Source of the DNA: a virus
Lineage: Duplodnaviria > Caudoviricetes
Strand: one strand, 5' to 3'
Virus record (IMG/VR): IMGVR_UViG_3300012990_000005
Span: 1 to 46,803 of that record
Length of the DNA: 46,803 nt
In this document: positions 44,191 through 46,803 of the stretch, one piece after another
How positions within the stretch are numbered: the stretch's first letter is position 1
Layout of the letters: each line of letters begins with the position of its first letter
The notes under the pieces: model-generated
Databases searched by the model: none
Told to the model about the DNA's origin: nothing
The model's input: the letters and a program-made list of their open reading frames with translations, nothing else
Position numbers and translations under genes: made by a program

Positions 44191-44526
44191 ATGAGTAAAT
44201 ATTTCACAGTGAAAGTTTATGGCAAGACTAGGAAATTTAGATTTATGAAATTGAAATACAGAAATAACTCAGATGCCTTAGAACTCATAGAGTTTAACGG
44301 TAAGTTCGAGGAACCATGGGCAGTTTTGTCCGTTAATACAGGAACTAATCCACCAAAAGATCACTACTGGATTAAGACTTGGAGTGAGAATGAGGAGACA
44401 GTCGAAGCCTTACTTAAGGCAGGATACTTGGAGAAAGCAGCGGAAACAATTGAGTGTGGATACGCGGAAGCCGTTGCAGGAAAACTAACAGACAAAGCTA
44501 AACCATTTACGGAGTCATTAAAATGA
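44191..44526 (+). CDS. DUF4313-like protein
   Basis: YRNNSDALEL...EPWAVLSVN...IKTWSENE...LLKAG. Confidence 0.65.
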   Translation: MSKYFTVKVYGKTRKFRFMKLKYRNNSDALELIEFNGKFEEPWAVLSVNTGTNPPKDHYWIKTWSENEETVEALLKAGYLEKAAETIECGYAEAVAGKLTDKAKPFTESLK

Positions 44527-44696
44527 AAAGAAAACTAACTTACATAGGCACAGTTCTATGCTGTGATTGTGGCACAGGCTATGGAATTTCTGGCCCTCTC
44601 GCGGAATACCAAGACGAGTCAGGCACAGTCATATTATGCGAAGAGTGTGCAGACGAGAGCGACGATAAATCAGACATCGAAGACGAGGAGGAATAA
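44523..44696 (+). CDS. Small CxxC...CxxC zinc-binding acidic protein (57 aa)
   Basis: ATGA-coupled; LCCDCG...LCEECA with an acidic tail. Confidence 0.65.
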   Translation: MKRKLTYIGTVLCCDCGTGYGISGPLAEYQDESGTVILCEECADESDDKSDIEDEEE

Positions 44697-44990
44697 ATGA
44701 GTTATGCAATTTTTTATCGTACCGAACGAAAGAACCATAAAGGTACTAAAGAGTTATTAGTTAAAGCGCAGATAGAAAACGCTTTATTAAAAGGACTAGC
44801 AAGACCCATGGCGGACTACCTATTCGACCATGAACAGGATGACTACTTCGAACAATGTGAAGAAAACAATAAAGACCCATATCTAATCGACCCGAGGGAC
44901 AGATGGCACATTTACATCGACGTTTTACTTTTCGCTAAGTTCTCAGGAGTAGAACTCGACCCTCAATATAAGTTCGGTGACGCGGAGTAA
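44697..44990 (+). CDS. Hypothetical early protein
   Basis: GAGGAGG RBS. Confidence 0.75.
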   Translation: MSYAIFYRTERKNHKGTKELLVKAQIENALLKGLARPMADYLFDHEQDDYFEQCEENNKDPYLIDPRDRWHIYIDVLLFAKFSGVELDPQYKFGDAE

Positions 44991-45069
44991 CGTAGCAATA
45001 TGCTTTTCTTTAGATTACCTTAATGACATTATTTTAAGACAATCTATTTTACTTTGAGGGGAGGTAAAC

Positions 45070-45231
45070 GTGAATTCATTTACATTTGTTTTTAGTTTCT
45101 TTATGTCGGCAATAGTTCTTTGCCTATTCTTTGTTCTTTGTTTCCTTGACGAGATCAAAGAACTCTTAATTGAAATTCAAGAAGAGAACGGAGAGGAAGA
45201 CCTAGACGAAGAGGAGATTCATTTCGTATGA
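45070..45231 (+). CDS. Single-TM protein with acidic tail (53 aa)
   Basis: GGAGGT RBS, GTG start; FTFVFSFFMSAIVLCLFFVLCFL. Confidence 0.65.
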   Translation: MNSFTFVFSFFMSAIVLCLFFVLCFLDEIKELLIEIQEENGEEDLDEEEIHFV

Positions 45232-45362
45232 AGTGCAAAGCTAGAAGATACAGCGACCAGAAAGTATGCCACGACTGTAAGTTAGTATGGGATATTAACG
45301 ACCCTGAACCACCAACGTGCAAGCGAGAGCATGAACAACCACTATATCGGAGCAAGTTATAA
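45228..45362 (+). CDS. Small Cys-rich protein (44 aa)
   Basis: ATGA-coupled; MKCKARRYSDQKVCHDCKLVWDINDPEPPTC. Confidence 0.6.
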   Translation: MKCKARRYSDQKVCHDCKLVWDINDPEPPTCKREHEQPLYRSKL

Positions 45363-45414
45363 ACGCTACCATTCAAAACCTGAAAGCGTACCTTGCCCCA
45401 CAGTTAGGCAACCA

Positions 45415-45501
45415 ATGACTATCATATTAACAATCGCAGTCATACTTTATGCCTTAAAGAAGTTCATCGATTGGTGCGAGAAAGATTTTGAAGGATATTA
45501 A
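45415..45501 (+). CDS. 28-aa hydrophobic peptide
   Basis: MTIILTIAVILYALKKFIDWCEKDFEGY; weak RBS. Confidence 0.4.
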   Translation: MTIILTIAVILYALKKFIDWCEKDFEGY

Positions 45502-45548
45502 AACGATAAAGTCACCTTATGGTGCAAAAACATAACAAGGAGAATTAA

Positions 45549-45761
45549 ATGGGAACAAGAGTAAGAACTAAAATAACTAAACAGAAAACTGAAAAGACAA
45601 AGGACACACTAGACTTTAAAGAAGTGAAAACTGTTTTTACTGATACTGAATGCAATGAACATATTTTAAAAGGCTGGAAGATTTTGCACGTTGGACTATC
45701 TCATGTAGACGCAAATGGTTTCAATGCCAAGAACACCTTTATTCTAGGTCTGGAACGATAA
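45549..45761 (+). CDS. Hypothetical protein
   Basis: AAGGAG RBS. Confidence 0.75.
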   Translation: MGTRVRTKITKQKTEKTKDTLDFKEVKTVFTDTECNEHILKGWKILHVGLSHVDANGFNAKNTFILGLER

Positions 45762-45791
45762 GCTGATTTATCAGGCAGGAGATATAAAATC

Positions 45792-46097
45792 ATGGCACTG
45801 CAAGACAGAGAATCCATTTTTGATACGGATGAAAATGACCAGCTTCATAGTTTAACTTATGACGGTGCAATAGATGAAGATATTATAAATGTCTTGAAAG
45901 AAACAGCATCGGAAGATTTCTGGTACGAAAAAATATCAGAAAGGTTAAAACTTGAACCAAAGTACGTTCAATTAATTCTCCATTACTTAGCAGCTCTGGA
46001 CTTGGTTGACTACGGTACATCTCCAAGGGGTAGCTGGATTTCTCAGAGCGGGGAAAGGTATTTACATTTATTGAAAAACTTTAAGAGCGAGCGATAA
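45792..46097 (+). CDS. Hypothetical protein, winged-helix-like
   Basis: AGGAG RBS; YLAALDLVDYGTSPRGSWISQSG. Confidence 0.7.
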   Translation: MALQDRESIFDTDENDQLHSLTYDGAIDEDIINVLKETASEDFWYEKISERLKLEPKYVQLILHYLAALDLVDYGTSPRGSWISQSGERYLHLLKNFKSER

Positions 46098-46122
46098 ATA
46101 AAATTATCAGGAAAGGCACAAC

Positions 46123-46323
46123 ATGAACAACGAAGCTAGAATTGAAAAAGTTGAAAATGGTTACATTGTCAGAGTAGGCGGTGAAGATTTTAATAGTTAC
46201 AGTGACACTTATGTCTACTCAGACTTTTTACAAGTAGTTCAATTTTTATCAATGAGAATGAATGAATCAGAGTTTCAAGAGAAATTAGAAAACTCAATGA
46301 TGGTAAAAGAGAGTGTAGAATGA
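46123..46323 (+). CDS. Hypothetical protein
   Basis: RIEKVENGYIV beta-hairpin start. Confidence 0.75.
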   Translation: MNNEARIEKVENGYIVRVGGEDFNSYSDTYVYSDFLQVVQFLSMRMNESEFQEKLENSMMVKESVE

Positions 46324-46343
46324 ACAACGATAAAGGAGATTTT

Positions 46344-46697
46344 ATGGAAAAATGTAATGTAGACAATTTAACGTATAGACAGATTAAAGAATTGAGAAAT
46401 CTTTTTGGGTCAAACTCATCTAGCTCAACAATTCAAGATCATCCATTTGAAATTGGTAAAAAGTATCTCATCAGAACAGTGACGATGATTCAGACAGGAA
46501 TGATTAAAGAGATTCGTGGCAAGTTCTTAGTTTTAAAAGATGCTGCTTGGATTGCCGACACTGGAAGATTCTCCGAGGCATTAGAAGACCAAGAGAAAAT
46601 GAAAGAAGTTGAACCATTTAAGAATGATGCAATTGTAAACATGGACACGATTATTGATGCCACAGAAATAAATCTTCTAATTAGGAAGATGAAATGA
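46344..46697 (+). CDS. Conserved phage protein, predicted Sm/SH3-like beta-barrel
   Basis: AAGGAG RBS before ATG 46344; FEIGKKYLIRTVTMIQTG.I...LVLKDAAWIADTGRF...EVEPF...IVNMDTIIDA. Confidence 0.75.
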   Translation: MEKCNVDNLTYRQIKELRNLFGSNSSSSTIQDHPFEIGKKYLIRTVTMIQTGMIKEIRGKFLVLKDAAWIADTGRFSEALEDQEKMKEVEPFKNDAIVNMDTIIDATEINLLIRKMK

Positions 46698-46774
46698 ATG
46701 CTGCAATTCAGAGAGTTGGCTTTAAAGGGTCATGGTCATGGTCAGGGTCAAGGTCATGGCCAGGGTCTTTATGA
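46694..46774 (+). CDS. Ser-(Gly/Arg/Trp) repeat micropeptide MNAAIQRVGFKGSWSWSGSRSWPGSL
   Basis: ATGA overlaps at both ends (46694 and 46771) and an AGGA RBS. Confidence 0.7.
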   Translation: MNAAIQRVGFKGSWSWSGSRSWPGSL

Positions 46775-46803
46775 ACAACGATAAGCTTTTTGAATCTTAT
46801 TGG
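46728..46803. repeat. Terminal overlap, right copy
   Basis: Identical to 8-83. Confidence 0.95.

Noticed and set aside
46728-46803. Biological direct terminal repeat
   Set aside because: The length is close to a common assembler k-mer and it falls within coding sequence at a tandem repeat; it is best explained as a circular assembly overlap.

Overview
The window is an apparently complete, circularly permuted dsDNA phage genome of about 46.7 kb. Nucleotides 8-83 are repeated exactly at 46728-46803, and the break falls inside a GGTCAN hexamer repeat. The + strand carries small early genes (42083-46803 continuing into 1-2916) and an APSE/SPO2-type replication module: SNF2 helicase, DUF2800 nuclease, DUF2815 SSB, family A DNA polymerase, Holliday-junction resolvase and primase-VirE helicase. 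The - strand carries a BPP-1/epsilon15-like podovirus morphogenesis module (TerS, TerL, portal, scaffold, major capsid, cement, tail tubular A and B, three ejection proteins including a 2443-aa polyvalent protein, tail adaptor, fibres) and a lysis cassette. I saw no integrase, RNA polymerase, tRNA, CRISPR array or reverse transcriptase. The most notable observations are: (1) six unrelated proteins share a C-terminal (S/N)L-x(2-3)-YL-stop peptide; (2) overlapping divergent promoters at about 13.5 kb are placed to drive two structured small RNAs, one with anti-Shine-Dalgarno loops matching phage genes; (3) two tail-fibre-like proteins carry Sec-type signal peptides; (4) a putative Sm-like protein is coupled to a length-variable Ser-(Gly/Arg/Trp) repeat micropeptide; (5) an Acb2/Tad1-like anti-defence sponge is present; (6) there are three apparent frame lesions. 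Family assignments come from motifs recognised by eye, not from database searches. The host is Gram-negative (lipoproteins, spanin-like pair); Bdellovibrionota is only a guess.
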